Shown here in pieces: positions 10,724 through 21,429 of a DNA stretch of 64,000 nucleotides. Both the position numbers and the translations under genes were made by a program. The stretch is taken from positions 50,959-114,958 of the forward strand of contig JAACJG010000014.1 in the NCBI GenBank assembly GCA_009917695.1, written 5' to 3'. The notes under the pieces were generated by a model. It was not told where the DNA came from. It saw only the letters and a list, made by a program, of their open reading frames with translations, and made no database searches. Position 1 is the stretch's first letter, and each line of letters starts with the position of its first letter. This DNA comes from Candidatus Rifleibacterium amylolyticum (lineage in GTDB: Bacteria > Muiribacteriota > Ozemobacteria > Ozemobacterales > Ozemobacteraceae).

Positions 10724-12028
10724 TCATTCTGTTTCTGGCTGACCGGCATAAGCGGCGAGAGCAGCTTCGCCGGCAGCAAGGTGATAAAACCAGATCGCTA
10801 CGGCAATGATTCCGGCAGACTGCACCAGGCAGAGGCGGTCAGGGGTCATCAGATCACCAAGATAGCCAAATACCATATAGGCGACCGGAAAAGAAAAGCC
10901 GATTATTGCCTGCATGGCGGCAAAAAAGCGCCCTTTGACCTGATCGGGAACAACCTTCTGAAACAGAGTCACGAATTTTACGTTGGTGATTCCGAGTGAG
11001 GCGCCGGCAAGAATCAAAGCCAGGCCAAAGCCCCAGGGATTGATAAGCAGACCCGGCAAAATCATGCTGCCGCCATAAATCAACATACTCAAAGCACCCA
11101 GACGGATAGTGCGTCCATGACTTCTGATCAATGCCGCCGAAAAAGTGCCCAGCAAAATGCCTACCCACAGGGCCGCTTCAAGCAGACCCATCAGAGTGGC
11201 ACTTCCCTGCAGGCTTTTTTGCACATAGAGCGGAACTATCACCAGTGTTGGCGTTGCAAAAAAGTTTACGAGGCCAAAACCGACCAGAAGCTTTTTCAGC
11301 AGAGGAAAGCGCTGCCAGAGTGTTTTATCATCGGCCGGTTCGGCTGATTCAGTTGCAATTGTCCCGCTATCGCCGCCTGATGCTGATTCTGCGTTGTTAT
11401 TCTCCTCGCCGTCGGCAGGAGTTTCAGGAAAGACCAGAGTCATTTCGATTATTGCCGAAAAAACGTAAGAGATCGCATTTAACAGCACCAGCAAAGGAAT
11501 TCCGAGCCAGGCGATCAGCATGGCGCCAAGCACCGACCCGCCAAAGCTGGCAAGATACTGGCTTGAAGCCTGATATGCAACTGCCTGTTCGAGGTCTTCT
11601 GCCGAAACCAGACTGGGCAGACATTTGGTGATAGCCGGGTTAAAAAAGCCTTCAGCAACGGCAATGAGAAAGCCGAACAGGTAGGCTGCGCCAAGCGTAA
11701 GAGTGTCGTTACTCAAAGACCAGGCAACATAACCCATCAGAGCGGCAGACGTCAGATCGCAGGCTACCAGCATGAACTTCGCCGGCATACGGTCTACTAC
11801 CCTGCCGATGAGTTTAAAAAGCAACAGTGACGGCAACGCCCCGGCCACCATGAAAGCACCCAGCGCAAATCCGCTGTGTTCTTTACTGACCGAGAGAATC
11901 CACCAGACAATGGCTATCTGGTAAATCCGGGTGCCGGCCTGACTGGTTACCTGACCAAGCCAGAGCCTGAAAAACTGCCGATGTGCGAACAGAAAAGGTT
12001 TCTTACTGTGCATTAACTGGTCCGCCAA
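10724..12028 (-). CDS. MFS transporter (DHA3/MefA-like)
   Basis: About 12 TM helices; LWLGQVTS, GRVVDR motif A, QKVVPDQVKGRFFA. Confidence 0.9.
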   Translation of the reverse strand: MADQLMHSKKPFLFAHRQFFRLWLGQVTSQAGTRIYQIAIVWWILSVSKEHSGFALGAFMVAGALPSLLLFKLIGRVVDRMPAKFMLVACDLTSAALMGYVAWSLSNDTLTLGAAYLFGFLIAVAEGFFNPAITKCLPSLVSAEDLEQAVAYQASSQYLASFGGSVLGAMLIAWLGIPLLVLLNAISYVFSAIIEMTLVFPETPADGEENNNAESASGGDSGTIATESAEPADDKTLWQRFPLLKKLLVGFGLVNFFATPTLVIVPLYVQKSLQGSATLMGLLEAALWVGILLGTFSAALIRSHGRTIRLGALSMLIYGGSMILPGLLINPWGFGLALILAGASLGITNVKFVTLFQKVVPDQVKGRFFAAMQAIIGFSFPVAYMVFGYLGDLMTPDRLCLVQSAGIIAVAIWFYHLAAGEAALAAYAGQPETE

Positions 12029-12108
12029 TTCGTAAACTCAAAAAAAGCGCCATTTCAGGCCTATTCTATCTTATTGAAAATACCCGACAATTTCAACCAG
12101 CAGAATAA

Positions 12109-12735
12109 TCAATGCCCCTTATCAAGAACTTTGCGCATGATCAGCCAGGTCACCGGCAAAATAATCAAAACCGGTGAGAAAATCAGCATTTCAACGAAAT
12201 CGAACGCGGTAATAAATGGTTTTTCCGAGTTAAAACGCTGTTCGTACTTGCGATATACCGCTGAATCATGAACCGGCCCATGATAAACGCAATAAATCAT
12301 GCCTTCACCCGACAGATCGCCGGTAGATTTGTAACTGCAACGAGTCGTCGGCGGTACCGGCATCGGCCTGAGAAATTCTTCGAGGGGCGAAGAAGGATCA
12401 AAAAGAAGATTGTCATCGAGACTGCGCAGAACAGGATCTCTGCCGGCAGTCTTATAACGCTCGATAGCCCTGGCAATGCGTTTCTGCATTTTAAAGCAGT
12501 TTATATATCGCGGCTCTGGTCTTACACCGGCGATGAATTCGAGACGAAACCTGATTTCGTGTCTGATATTACGCAGAGTCAAACCATCAGTTTCGCGAAA
12601 GTATGGTGGATAAAAAAAGTCGGCAGGCATCGAAGCAATCGCAGGCGCGGCAGTTTCATAAGCCGCCGCGTCGAACTCGGCATAGCCCTTACAGCACAGG
12701 CAGAGCATAATCAATAGCAGGCCGTAAAACTTCAT
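12109..12735 (-). CDS. Exported, C-terminally anchored protein with one pilin-like Cys-His domain
   Basis: Signal-like MKFYGLLLIML; CFKMQKRIARAIERY...CSYKSTGDLSGEGMIYCVYHG; C-terminal TM helix. Confidence 0.7.
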   Translation of the reverse strand: MKFYGLLLIMLCLCCKGYAEFDAAAYETAAPAIASMPADFFYPPYFRETDGLTLRNIRHEIRFRLEFIAGVRPEPRYINCFKMQKRIARAIERYKTAGRDPVLRSLDDNLLFDPSSPLEEFLRPMPVPPTTRCSYKSTGDLSGEGMIYCVYHGPVHDSAVYRKYEQRFNSEKPFITAFDFVEMLIFSPVLIILPVTWLIMRKVLDKGH

Positions 12736-12842
12736 TTCAACAAGATAGCAGATTCGCAATCTGCTTGCAGTTTTTTTGTCGCTGGATCGGCAAATGTTCT
12801 GGTAAATTATACAGGATTTCATGCAAGACAGGAGAGTCAGAG

Positions 12843-13373
12843 ATGAAAGATGTCAGACCTGCCCTGCCGGGCCGCTGTTACTGGGTCGTTACCGACCGCT
12901 TTCTGGCCGGAAGTTTCCCCTATAATCCGGGAATCGACAATCCGCATGATTTCATGCGCAGTCTTCTCGATAACGGCATCGACGCATTTATCGACCTGAC
13001 CGAAGAAGATGAGCTCGTTCATTATCAGCCCGTTCTGGCAGAATTGACAGCAAAAGCGCTTATATACAGACGTTTCCCCATCGTCGATTACTCGGTGCCA
13101 ACACTGAGCGAAATGCAACAGCTGGTTGCGCATATAAATCAGCTGCTGGAAGAAGGCCGAAATATATATCTGCACTGTCGTGGCGGTATTGGGCGCACCG
13201 GCACCGTTGTCGGCTGCTGGTTGCGCAGCCAGGGGCATGATGGTGAGAGCGCTCTGGCTGAACTGGCAAACCTTTTCAGCGCAAGTAATGCCGCGCGGTT
13301 TTCCCGCAGCCCGGAAACCGACGAACAACGGGAATTCGTTAAAAGCTTTGTCAGCGCCGCGAGTAAACTTTGA
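12843..13373 (+). CDS. Protein-tyrosine/dual-specificity phosphatase family protein
   Basis: HCRGGIGRTG (CX5R) and SPETDEQ; AGGAG RBS. Confidence 0.9.
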   Translation: MKDVRPALPGRCYWVVTDRFLAGSFPYNPGIDNPHDFMRSLLDNGIDAFIDLTEEDELVHYQPVLAELTAKALIYRRFPIVDYSVPTLSEMQQLVAHINQLLEEGRNIYLHCRGGIGRTGTVVGCWLRSQGHDGESALAELANLFSASNAARFSRSPETDEQREFVKSFVSAASKL

Positions 13374-16300
13374 GCAGCTGATTGAATATAGTCAATATGC
13401 GGCCCCGGCTTTTTTTGATGGCGGTTATATCATAACTCTGCAGACTGCCAATAAGAGCTTCGGTTTCCAATGTCAGAATGTTGAACGAATGTTCTATTGA
13501 AACATGCCTGACCCGATCGGCCAGCTCAGCCATCTCATCGATCAGAATGGTATTGTCGGTTCGCGAAAAGCCGCTCATGAACTCTTTGGCAACAACTTCA
13601 CAAAGCTTCCAGGGATTCGACAACTGCTCAAAAGCTTCGGGCGGCAACCGGTATTCAACCTCTTTTGCCGGCTCAACCGTCGTCACATGACTGAGAAATC
13701 TGCCAACTTCAGAAAACAATCTGAGCAGACTTACAGGTTTGATGATAAACCCGTCGAACAGGCCTTTGAGTTCTTCGAGCTCAGCAAAACTGTTGGTCGC
13801 GGTAACCGCAATAATAGGCACCGAAGCAAGCTCAGAAATACAACGCAGTTCTCTAGCTGCACAAACACCGTCTTTCTGCGGCATGCGCAGATCCATGAAA
13901 ATCAGCTCAGGCAGTTCCTTTTTTGCGAGTTCAACCGCTTCATTACCATCTGAAGCGCAGAAGACTGTAAGTCCCGCGTTTTTCATGGCTTCAGCGATCA
14001 GCTCACGATTCGAAGCTGTGTCATCGGCAACCATGATTTTCTGTCCGGAGAATTTGAGAATACCCCTGTTCTGAGCATCTGCTGACAATCGTTTTTTAGA
14101 GCGCTCCGGGATTTTGACTTCGCGTAGAATGATGTCAAAGCGGGTGCCTTTTTTGAGTTCGGTTTTGACCTTGATAGTACCGTTCAACAGCTCGACCAGG
14201 CGACGGCAAATAGCGAGACCAAGACCGGTGCCGCCAAACCTGTTCTCAAATTTCCGACGGTACAATGGGTCAAAAATCTGCTCTGGATTCTCGCAATCAA
14301 TTCCCACACCGGTGTCTTCAACAGTAATCAGAAGATTGATCAAGCTTTGCTGCGATGAGTGACCGAGTGACAGGCGAACTCCTACCGTGCCATGATTGGT
14401 GAACTTGATGGCATTACTTACAAGATTGATCAATATTTCTCTGATGCGGGCTTCATCTGACAGAATTATCGGTGGAACCTCGGCATCAACCTGGACCCAG
14501 AATTCAAGACCTTTGCGTTCGGCTTCTTCGGTAAACATCGAGTCAACTTCCGCTACCAGATCAGCTAGGTTCACCTGCCCCTCGATCAGTTCAACCCGCC
14601 CTGATTCAAGTCGAACCAGATCATGAATGCTGTTGATGATGTTGATAAGACTCCTGCCTGCGGCGATTATTGAGCTGGCATACTGTTGCACCCTTGGGTT
14701 CTCTGCAAGCGGCGCCAGCAGTTCGCTGTAACCTATGATTGCGCTCAGCGGTGTTCTGATTTCGTGGCTCATACTGGTAAAGAGTTCTGCTGTGTCCATA
14801 CCTTCAAACTTCATTTCAGAGCCGGATTGTCGCGTCATGCCAACGCTGGCAAGATCGGTAACATCAACCATAACACCCCTGACGACCCGGTGTGTTCCAG
14901 AAAGCTGGCTTTCAGCCATAGAACTCATAATGCGCAGATGCCGAATTTCTGTCGCTTTTTCTTTGTTGAGAAGACAGGTTCTAAAATCCAGCAAAAATGT
15001 TTCTCTTGAGTTATCGCTGCGACGAGACTTGTCAAAATATGATCTGAAAGCATGCAGATCTTCAGAATGAATAACCTTGCAGAAATCCTTAAAAGTAATA
15101 GAGCCGGCCAAACCTTCACCGAACAGCCTTTTAACGGCTCCCAGCAGCAGGAAATTTTCGTTAACCGGCTCAAACTGCCAGACAACGACATTGCCAGACT
15201 CGATGCTCTGCCGCAAAATTTCTTCGTTCAGCCGCAGTTTGTCTTCAGCCTGTCGTTTGTCGGTAATGTCGATAAAACAACCTTCACAGTATTCCCGACC
15301 ATTTTCGTAAAACACCCGCCCATAAACGGCAGCCCAGAAGATTTCGCCATCGGCCCGACGAAATTTCATTTCGAGACTTCGCACCTGATCGCGCTTGCGC
15401 AGCTCATCAAAAAAGAAAGAGCGATCTACAGGAGTTATATAGAGCTGATGCCCGATACTTTGCACCTGTTCTATCGCCTGTTGAGGTGAATCATAGCCAA
15501 GAATATGCGCCATTACATCGTTCATGCTGATAAAACGGTCATTATAACTCCGCCATAGTCCGACCGGCAGGTTCATGTATATACTGCGAAACTTGTCGAG
15601 CTCTACCTTGAGAGCAGTTTCAGAAATTTTCTTTTCGGTTGCATCAGAAATTGCACCATAAATCAGCCTGTCTTTGCCGCCGCGCCAGGTCACAACAACT
15701 CTGACCCATGCCTCAACTGCCGCCGCATCAATCTCAGTTGCTCTGGAACTTCGCAACTGCCACAAAGAATCTCGGCGACCAGGCGCGCTGTTGCCAGAAA
15801 GAATTTGCGTGCGCAAATTGAGCCAGCGCTGCCGCAGGCCCGATTCTTCAGCTGCCGGCATAAGATTGATAAGATCGCTGGCAGTGCGCAGTTCTGAATG
15901 ATCAACACCGAGCAGTCTCCTGCTGTCGCCAAAAACAACGACAGACTCGTCTGACAGATCAATCAAGAAATAGACAACTTCAGAAGTCTCTGCAAAAACT
16001 CGAAGTCGGTTACTTCTCTGCTGACAAACTTCGACAATCTTTGTTATCTGTTCGTCGATTTCACTGAATTCATCGCAGACAGATTCGCCGACCTGACTTG
16101 AAGACGCATCATTAAGCGCTGCCCACAAACTTTTCTGCAAGGCTCTGATACGCCGGCTGACTGTAATTTCAAGGGCAAAAGCGATTCCGACTACGGCAGC
16201 GGCGAGCATAAGAATGATAATCAGCAGCTGCTGCAAAATAAAGCTGTCGGCTACTCCAGATACCGCATCTGGTCTGATTCTGAGTCTTAATTGCCATTGG

Positions 16301-16743
16301 CCGGTTCTGCCATCTTTGGCTGTCACTGTAAACTCATGGTGAAAAGAAACACTGGGAAGCCCGTGCTCGCGTGTTTCATCACGATACGAGGCCACAATGC
16401 TGCCTGACTCATCGACAAGCCGTATGCTTGTGGCATCCAGTCTTACGGCTATTTTAGCCAGAGACTTCTCGATTTCAGGCTGTTGTCCGGCAAGAATGAC
16501 GAAGCGCAATTCTTCAACCTGTTCAGCTACCATCTGTGTGAGATGCTGCTGATATTTTTCTTCAAAACTGCTGTGAACGTAGTTTGCCATCAACATGGTG
16601 ACAATGCCTGCTACGACGAGCATTGCCGTGATCGAATAAATGACAAACCTAAGTCTGAGGGAACGGTAAAAGCCCTGCCGGGCAATATTCCCGCCAGTAT
16701 CAGGCTTTGTGGCCGAATTGCTCTGTTGCTTTTCGTTTATCAC
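13351..16743 (-). CDS. Membrane hybrid sensor histidine kinase (PAS, HisKA, HATPase, REC)
   Basis: SHEIRTPL, NLVSNAIKFT, DTGVG, GGTGLGL, MVADD...FMDLRMP. Confidence 0.95.
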   Translation of the reverse strand: MINEKQQSNSATKPDTGGNIARQGFYRSLRLRFVIYSITAMLVVAGIVTMLMANYVHSSFEEKYQQHLTQMVAEQVEELRFVILAGQQPEIEKSLAKIAVRLDATSIRLVDESGSIVASYRDETREHGLPSVSFHHEFTVTAKDGRTGQWQLRLRIRPDAVSGVADSFILQQLLIIILMLAAAVVGIAFALEITVSRRIRALQKSLWAALNDASSSQVGESVCDEFSEIDEQITKIVEVCQQRSNRLRVFAETSEVVYFLIDLSDESVVVFGDSRRLLGVDHSELRTASDLINLMPAAEESGLRQRWLNLRTQILSGNSAPGRRDSLWQLRSSRATEIDAAAVEAWVRVVVTWRGGKDRLIYGAISDATEKKISETALKVELDKFRSIYMNLPVGLWRSYNDRFISMNDVMAHILGYDSPQQAIEQVQSIGHQLYITPVDRSFFFDELRKRDQVRSLEMKFRRADGEIFWAAVYGRVFYENGREYCEGCFIDITDKRQAEDKLRLNEEILRQSIESGNVVVWQFEPVNENFLLLGAVKRLFGEGLAGSITFKDFCKVIHSEDLHAFRSYFDKSRRSDNSRETFLLDFRTCLLNKEKATEIRHLRIMSSMAESQLSGTHRVVRGVMVDVTDLASVGMTRQSGSEMKFEGMDTAELFTSMSHEIRTPLSAIIGYSELLAPLAENPRVQQYASSIIAAGRSLINIINSIHDLVRLESGRVELIEGQVNLADLVAEVDSMFTEEAERKGLEFWVQVDAEVPPIILSDEARIREILINLVSNAIKFTNHGTVGVRLSLGHSSQQSLINLLITVEDTGVGIDCENPEQIFDPLYRRKFENRFGGTGLGLAICRRLVELLNGTIKVKTELKKGTRFDIILREVKIPERSKKRLSADAQNRGILKFSGQKIMVADDTASNRELIAEAMKNAGLTVFCASDGNEAVELAKKELPELIFMDLRMPQKDGVCAARELRCISELASVPIIAVTATNSFAELEELKGLFDGFIIKPVSLLRLFSEVGRFLSHVTTVEPAKEVEYRLPPEAFEQLSNPWKLCEVVAKEFMSGFSRTDNTILIDEMAELADRVRHVSIEHSFNILTLETEALIGSLQSYDITAIKKSRGRILTIFNQLLKVYSRR

Positions 16744-16893
16744 AGAGATCCCCTCGGTACAACAATTTCCTCAAGTTTATACGTTTTCTGTGTGTGAGCG
16801 TATTATACAGCTGCTGCAACATGCGAGTCAATCCAGACCTATACCCCGCTGGCCAGACGACTTTGCCGAAGCAACTCCAAACCATCTGCCTTT

Positions 16894-17190
16894 TCAGGGC
16901 AGCTCAATTTTTCGAGGCTTGTCAGAAAATGGCTTGTAGAGAACGATTACCCGACCAATTACACGCACAAGCACAGCATCTGCCGCCATGCAAATCTCTT
17001 TTGCAGCTTCAGCCGCTTCAACTGGCGAAGAATCCAGCAGCTTGATCTTGATCAGCTCATGCGTATTGAATGCCTCAACCACACTGAGAATGATCTTCGA
17101 TTCCAGGCCCTGCTTGCCTATCCGCACTATCGGTTCGAGATGATGGGCGAGGGACTCAAGATGCTTGCGTTGCTGGGAGCTGAGTTTCAC
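16894..17190 (-). CDS. yhbY: Ribosome assembly RNA-binding protein YhbY (CRM domain)
   Basis: LSSQQRKHLESLAHHLEPIVRIGKQG...HELIKIK...VIGRVIVLY; GTG start after GGAG. Confidence 0.9.
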   Translation of the reverse strand: MKLSSQQRKHLESLAHHLEPIVRIGKQGLESKIILSVVEAFNTHELIKIKLLDSSPVEAAEAAKEICMAADAVLVRVIGRVIVLYKPFSDKPRKIELP

Positions 17191-17257
17191 GGGTTTATCT
17201 CCAGAAGTTTTGATACGAATATATACAACAGGCAGTTGTCTTTTGCAATCATGCAGT

Positions 17258-17854
17258 TTATGGCAGTCTGGCGACAATTTCTTTGATCTGAGCCGGACTG
17301 TTGACAACATAAGCATTGAAACCGACATTTTGCGCCGCTTCGACATTGGCCTGACTGTCGTCGAAAAAGTGAATCTGCTTCGGCTCTTTTTGCAGGCGGC
17401 GGCAGACCTCTTCATAAATCTCACGATCGGGCTTTACCATGCCCATCTCATACGAGAAAAAAAGATGTCGGAACGGCCGGAAAACCATGGTGGTTCGCCG
17501 CAACAGCTCAACATGAACAGCATTGGTATTCGAGAGCATGGCCAGCTCACCATATCTGACAAGTTCATCGAGAATCGCGATGCAGTCAGTCTTTAGCGGA
17601 CCAATTATGCCGGTAAATTCGCGCGCGAAATCGCTAAAATTAAGTTTGCTGCCGGTTTCGGCGACAAAAGCACGGTAAAAACCCGTAAAATCAGTTCTGC
17701 CAGCCTCATATATTCTGGCTGACTGTAGCTGCAGCCATTTTCGCTTGAGTTCTTCGCTGTCGCGTTCCCGGGTGAACAGGGCGCGGGCGTGTTGTTCCCA
17801 GTGGAGATCAATGAGAACACCACCAAGATCGCAGAGAATGGCTCTTTCAGTCAT
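17258..17854 (-). CDS. HAD-family phosphatase (YihX-like)
   Basis: DLGGVL, LSNTN, KPD, FFDD...NVEAA motifs. Confidence 0.9.
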   Translation of the reverse strand: MTERAILCDLGGVLIDLHWEQHARALFTRERDSEELKRKWLQLQSARIYEAGRTDFTGFYRAFVAETGSKLNFSDFAREFTGIIGPLKTDCIAILDELVRYGELAMLSNTNAVHVELLRRTTMVFRPFRHLFFSYEMGMVKPDREIYEEVCRRLQKEPKQIHFFDDSQANVEAAQNVGFNAYVVNSPAQIKEIVARLP

Positions 17855-18170
17855 TTTTAAGCTGCTGGCAATGGTCGGGAATCTTAAAGCCCTGTGTACT
17901 CAACAGTTTTTGCTCGGCCAGACGGCGTTTGCGCTCAGCCTCGATCTGCTTAAATGCCAACCAGATAAGAAACGGCACGATGATGAGATCATCGAGATAA
18001 CCGATAACTGGTATGAAATCAGGTATCAGATCGAACGGCCACAAAAAGTAGGCTACCGCGGCGAACAGCAGCAGCTTTGCTGAAAGTGGCGTTTCATCGC
18101 TCTTAACAACGTCGAGATAGCCGTGCACTTTATTGGTAAATTCGCCGGTTTTGCTCATATTGTTCTCCAT
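17847..18170 (-). CDS. YkvA/DUF1232 family membrane protein
   Basis: YFLWPFDLIPDFIPVIGYLDD. Confidence 0.9.
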   Translation of the reverse strand: MENNMSKTGEFTNKVHGYLDVVKSDETPLSAKLLLFAAVAYFLWPFDLIPDFIPVIGYLDDLIIVPFLIWLAFKQIEAERKRRLAEQKLLSTQGFKIPDHCQQLKND

Positions 18171-18227
18171 TTATACTGATGACAATCATATCACAAAACC
18201 GGCGAATTATACATTATCTGCAGGAGA

Positions 18228-19247
18228 TCAGAGAATCTGTATCGCTTCGGCTTCACAGCGGGTCAACTCTTCGGCGGGCCAGACACTGACCTGAACTTCA
18301 CCTATGTGGCGCTTCTGCAACAGCAACATGCTCAGGCGCGACTGGCCGATACCACCACCGATCGTCTGCGGCATTTTTCCAGCCAGCAGCATTTTGTGCC
18401 AGGGAAGCTGGGCGCGATCTTCGCTGTCTCTGATTTTAAGCTGCTCTGTCAGCACTTCCGGACTGACCCTGATACCCATCGACGAAACCTCGAAAGCCAT
18501 ATCGAGAACAGGGTTGAAGACAAGAATGTCGCCGTTGAGTCCTCTGCGGCCGGGCAAGGCTTCGGTTGTCCAGTCATCATAGTCGGGAGCTCGTCCGTCA
18601 TGGATGCTGCCATCGCTCAACAAACCGCCAATCCCGATGACAAACACAGCACCATGTTCGCGGCAGATCGCATTCTCGCGCTCTTTCGGAGTCATGCCGG
18701 GGAAGCGGGCAAGCAGATCTTCACTGTGAATGAAGTGAATCTTCTGCGGCAGAAACTTCTTGAGATCGTAGCGGCTGCAGATGTGATGTTCGGTTGCGAG
18801 TATGGCGTTGTAGATCGTTTCGACTGTCGCCTTGAGGAAATCGAGGTTGCGCTGCTGTGGCAACATGATGCGTTCCCAGTCCCACTGGTCGACGTAAACA
18901 GAGTGAATGGCCGAAGTAATAGTCGGCTCATCTGGACGCAGAGCGTTCATGTCGGTATACAGGCCTTCGCCGGCTGGAATTCCGTAGCGGGCCAGGGCCA
19001 GTCGTTTCCACTTTGCCAGCGAGTGAACAATCTCGAATCTGGTGTCGCCGATAGCGGGAACTTTGAACGCAACCGGGCGTTCGATGCCGTTGAGGTTATC
19101 CTGCAAACCTGAATCAGCATCGACAAACATCGGTGCTGACACCCGGTGCAGCCTCAGGCTGCTGGTAAGAGTATCTTCAAAGTGTCGTTTAAGATCAAGA
19201 ATGGCGCGTTCCGTCTGTATGAGCGTAAGTCGTGAAGCGGTCATCAT
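18228..19247 (-). CDS. asnA: Aspartate--ammonia ligase
   Basis: GLQDNLNGIERPV, VHSLAKWKR, VDQWDWE, HDGRAPDYDDW, TIGGGIGQSR; AGGAG RBS before ATG 19247. Confidence 0.97.
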   Translation of the reverse strand: MMTASRLTLIQTERAILDLKRHFEDTLTSSLRLHRVSAPMFVDADSGLQDNLNGIERPVAFKVPAIGDTRFEIVHSLAKWKRLALARYGIPAGEGLYTDMNALRPDEPTITSAIHSVYVDQWDWERIMLPQQRNLDFLKATVETIYNAILATEHHICSRYDLKKFLPQKIHFIHSEDLLARFPGMTPKERENAICREHGAVFVIGIGGLLSDGSIHDGRAPDYDDWTTEALPGRRGLNGDILVFNPVLDMAFEVSSMGIRVSPEVLTEQLKIRDSEDRAQLPWHKMLLAGKMPQTIGGGIGQSRLSMLLLQKRHIGEVQVSVWPAEELTRCEAEAIQIL

Positions 19248-19394
19248 AAAACTCCTGTTTTCAAATTTTTCATTATTCACATCGCAAAATAATTACACAT
19301 TATTTAACATATTTACAATACAATTTAATTTTGTTATCATTATGCTAAATTTAATATTAAATTATTGTAATTTCTTAAAAATTACCCGATAAAT

Positions 19395-19856
19395 ATGAAC
19401 AAAAAATTCGAAATTGACAAAATCGACCGCCAGATACTTGATGAACTGCGCCTCGACTCACGTTGCTCGTTTCAGGATATCGCCAGAAAGCTGAAAGTAT
19501 CTGGCGGCACCATACACGTGCGCGTCAACAAATTGCGAGAAGCTGGAATAATAAAAGGAACCCGGCTCATCCTCGACCCGGCTGGCCTTGGTTACGATAT
19601 TTGCGCCTTTATCGGCATAAACCTGCACCAGGCCGGCGACCATATCAGCGTTGTCGCCAAGCTGAAAAAAATGCCGGAAGTGGTCGAAGCGCATTTCACC
19701 ACCGGCTCATACAGCCTTTTCATCAAGGTTTTTGTCAGCAGCACAGCCGGACTTCATAAATTTCTCGTCGAAAAACTGCAACCGATACCTGAGGTGCAAT
19801 CGACCGAAACCCTGATTTCGCTCGACATGCCGATCGACAGAGCCCTCGCGATCTAG
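19395..19856 (+). CDS. asnC: AsnC/Lrp transcriptional regulator, divergent from asnA
   Basis: [44 protein letters not shown]; classic asnC-asnA arrangement. Confidence 0.92.
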   Translation: MNKKFEIDKIDRQILDELRLDSRCSFQDIARKLKVSGGTIHVRVNKLREAGIIKGTRLILDPAGLGYDICAFIGINLHQAGDHISVVAKLKKMPEVVEAHFTTGSYSLFIKVFVSSTAGLHKFLVEKLQPIPEVQSTETLISLDMPIDRALAI

Positions 19857-20446
19857 CGTTTAATGCGGGCGAGGATCGAGGCGCGCACCATTTTGGCGAA
19901 ATAGGCCATCACACGGCTGTCGTCGGTCAGTTCCGGGTGAAAAGCGCAGCCGAGCATGCAACCCTGGCGCGCCATTACGATCCTGCCATCATGCTCGCAC
20001 AATATCTCGACATCTTCTTCAACGCTAACTATATGCGGAGCGCGAATGAACACACCTGGAAAATCATCTGCGACATCTTTGATCTCAAGACTGGTTTCAA
20101 AGCTGTTTACCTGCCTGCCGTAAGAATTGCGCTGCACAACTATGTCCATCATGCCAATATGGTTGTCGTCGCTGCCCTCGATCTTACGTGCCAGCAGTAT
20201 CAGGCCGGCACAGGTTCCGAATACCGGCTTATCAACGCTTATAAAGCGTTTTAGCGGCTTCATCATGTCGTAGGTGTCGATAAGCCGCCGCATGGTCGTG
20301 CTTTCACCGCCCGGCAGAATCAGACCGTCGATCTTCTGCAGATCATCGGCTGACTTGACTTCGAGCGCCTTCGCGCCGCATTTTTCGATGGCGCGGGCGT
20401 GTTCGCGCACCGCGCCCTGTAGAGCAAGAACGCCTATGGTTGTCAT
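19853..20446 (-). CDS. pdxT: PLP synthase glutaminase subunit
   Basis: [29 protein letters not shown]. Confidence 0.97.
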   Translation of the reverse strand: MTTIGVLALQGAVREHARAIEKCGAKALEVKSADDLQKIDGLILPGGESTTMRRLIDTYDMMKPLKRFISVDKPVFGTCAGLILLARKIEGSDDNHIGMMDIVVQRNSYGRQVNSFETSLEIKDVADDFPGVFIRAPHIVSVEEDVEILCEHDGRIVMARQGCMLGCAFHPELTDDSRVMAYFAKMVRASILARIKR

Positions 20447-20452
20447 CTTCGT

Positions 20453-21340
20453 TTACCAGCCGCGATCCTGCATGCGGTCAGCAGAAGTCAGCGAAGACAT
20501 TTCGAGACCGGTCATCGGCGTGCCGATATTCTTTGAAATCTCGGCCAGCAGCTTGTAATCTTTATAATTCGTGGTGGCTTCGACAATAGCTTTGGCGAAA
20601 GCAGCCGGATTTTCTGACTTGAAAATGCCAGATCCAACGAACACGCCGTCAGCGCCGAGTTCCATCATCAGTGCAGCATCAGCCGGAGTTGCCACACCAC
20701 CGGCAGCGAAATTAACAACTGGCAGACGCCCGTTTTTCTTGATCTGCAGCAGAATTTCATAGGGAGCGCCGAGCAGCTTGGCTTCGGTCATCAGCTCGTC
20801 TTCGTTCATGGCTACGACACGCCGCACCTGAGCATTGACCTTGCGCATGTGACGAACGGCTTCGACGATGTTGCCGGTGCCGGGCTCGCCTTTGGTGCGC
20901 AGCATGGCCGCGCCTTCGCCGATGCGGCGGGCGGCTTCGCCGAGATCGCGGCAGCCGCAGACAAAAGGCACGGTGAATGAGCTTTTGAGAATATGGTATT
21001 CCTCGTCAGCCGGGGTCAGAACTTCACTTTCGTCGATATAATCGACGCCCATCGCTTCGAGAATACGCGCTTCAACTATATGACCGATACGGGCTTTCGC
21101 CATGACCGGTATTGAAACGGCTTTCATAACTTCTTCAACGATGGTCGGGTCGGCCATGCGCGCGACGCCGCCGGCCTTGCGGATATCAGAAGGAACGCGC
21201 TCAAGTGCCATTACCGCCACGGCACCGGCTTTTTCAGCTATGCGGGCCTGCTCGGCGTTGACTACGTCCATGATGACGCCGCCCTTCTGCATTTCGGCCA
21301 TGCCGCGCTTAACCAGAACTGTTCCAACTTTTTTTGTCAT
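20453..21340 (-). CDS. pdxS: PLP synthase lyase subunit
   Basis: [30 protein letters not shown], ends DRGW. Confidence 0.98.
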   Translation of the reverse strand: MTKKVGTVLVKRGMAEMQKGGVIMDVVNAEQARIAEKAGAVAVMALERVPSDIRKAGGVARMADPTIVEEVMKAVSIPVMAKARIGHIVEARILEAMGVDYIDESEVLTPADEEYHILKSSFTVPFVCGCRDLGEAARRIGEGAAMLRTKGEPGTGNIVEAVRHMRKVNAQVRRVVAMNEDELMTEAKLLGAPYEILLQIKKNGRLPVVNFAAGGVATPADAALMMELGADGVFVGSGIFKSENPAAFAKAIVEATTNYKDYKLLAEISKNIGTPMTGLEMSSLTSADRMQDRGW

Positions 21341-21429
21341 TTTTAACACCCCAGCTTGATTCTTTTCAATATGCGAGAGAGTAAATACCGCATTTAACCC
21401 TGAATATCAACCCCATTTTGCAACTTTGC

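Noticed and set aside
17191-17424. N-terminal extension of YhbY in the ORF track
   Set aside because: Overlaps the HAD gene; the GTG at 17190 has an RBS and gives the normal ~98-aa length
19280-19394. Very AT-rich patch as foreign DNA
   Set aside because: Expected divergent asnA/asnC promoter region with Lrp-family binding sites
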